Below, one piece after another: positions 35,402 to 36,086 of a stretch of DNA of 36,086 nucleotides. The notes beneath the pieces are model-generated. The model ran no database searches, was not told where the DNA came from, and worked only from the letters and a program-made list of their open reading frames with translations. The stretch is from Octopus sinensis (lineage: Eukaryota): contig NW_021836432.1 of the NCBI RefSeq assembly GCF_006345805.1, forward strand, positions 1-36,086, in the 5' to 3' direction. The position numbers were made by a program, and so were the translations under genes. Position 1 is the first letter of the stretch. Every line of letters begins with the position of its first letter.

Positions 35402-36086
35402 TATTATTATTATTACTACTACCATTTTTCTTATTTTTCTTCTTCTTCTTCTTTTTCTTCTTCTTCTTCTTCTTCTTCTTCTTTTTCTTCTTCTTCAACT
35501 TCTTCTTCTTTTTCTTCTTTTTCTTCTTCTTTTTCTTCTTCTTCAATTTCTTCTTCTTCTTTTTCTTCTTCTTCTTCTTCTTCTTCTTCTTCTTCTTTTT
35601 CTTCTTCTTCTTCTTCTTCTTCTTCTTCTCCTTCTCCGTCTCCTTAGCCTTATTGTTATCAATTTCTTCGCCTCCTCCACTTTCATCTCCACCATTCTCC
35701 TCCTCCTCCACCTCTCTCATGTCTTTCTCTTACAACAACTCTCTCCTCATTCCTTTCCTCCCTACTCTTCCTCTCCATCCTCGCTCTTCTTCACTCCCTT
35801 CCCTCCTTATTTCCCTCCCTATCTCCCTCACCGCTCACTCTCTCCCTACACTCGTTCTCCACTTTCTCTCCCCACCCTCTATCCGATTCTCTCTCTCCAT
35901 TTTCCACATTCTCCCCCCTCCTTCCCCCCTTTCTCTCTCTCTCCACAACTGACAACCATACCACATCTCCCCTCTCTGACTACAAACACCTTGATGTCTC
36001 TCTCTCACCATTCCATCCCTCTTTACTCTTCTCACCACTCCCTCTCCCTACACTTTCCACATTCTCTCTCCCTCTTCCTTTCTCTC
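35265..36086. repeat. Compound trinucleotide array (CTG-CTA-CTT-TTA-CTT) grading into a polypyrimidine tract
   Basis: Directly visible; a similar pyrimidine tract lies at 34520-34850. Confidence 0.95.

Overview
AT-rich eukaryotic non-coding DNA (intronic or intergenic), most likely from an octopus or other coleoid cephalopod, judged from recall of its SINE families and the very high microsatellite load. I can support no intact protein-coding gene: nearly all listed ORFs are translations of (TA)n, (GATA)n, (TTA)n, (TG)n and similar repeats, or of SINEs. The window contains about 25 tRNA-derived SINE copies or fragments from three or more families, a complete non-autonomous Helitron (20394-20795), two Tc1/mariner/pogo-type non-autonomous elements, an RTE LINE 3' end, inserts in (TTA)n arrays and several tandem arrays. 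The main signal is about a dozen type I hammerhead-ribozyme-like motifs. Two look essentially intact (7731-7814 minus, 4405-4468 plus); the rest are variant, degenerate or half motifs. The better-preserved ones have different palindromic helix III sequences, and most lie in short (TA)n-abutting, often fold-back elements that resemble Penelope-like (PLE) pseudo-LTRs. One perfect 90-bp palindrome is centred exactly on a hammerhead helix II loop. All calls were made by eye, and boundaries of degenerate elements are approximate.
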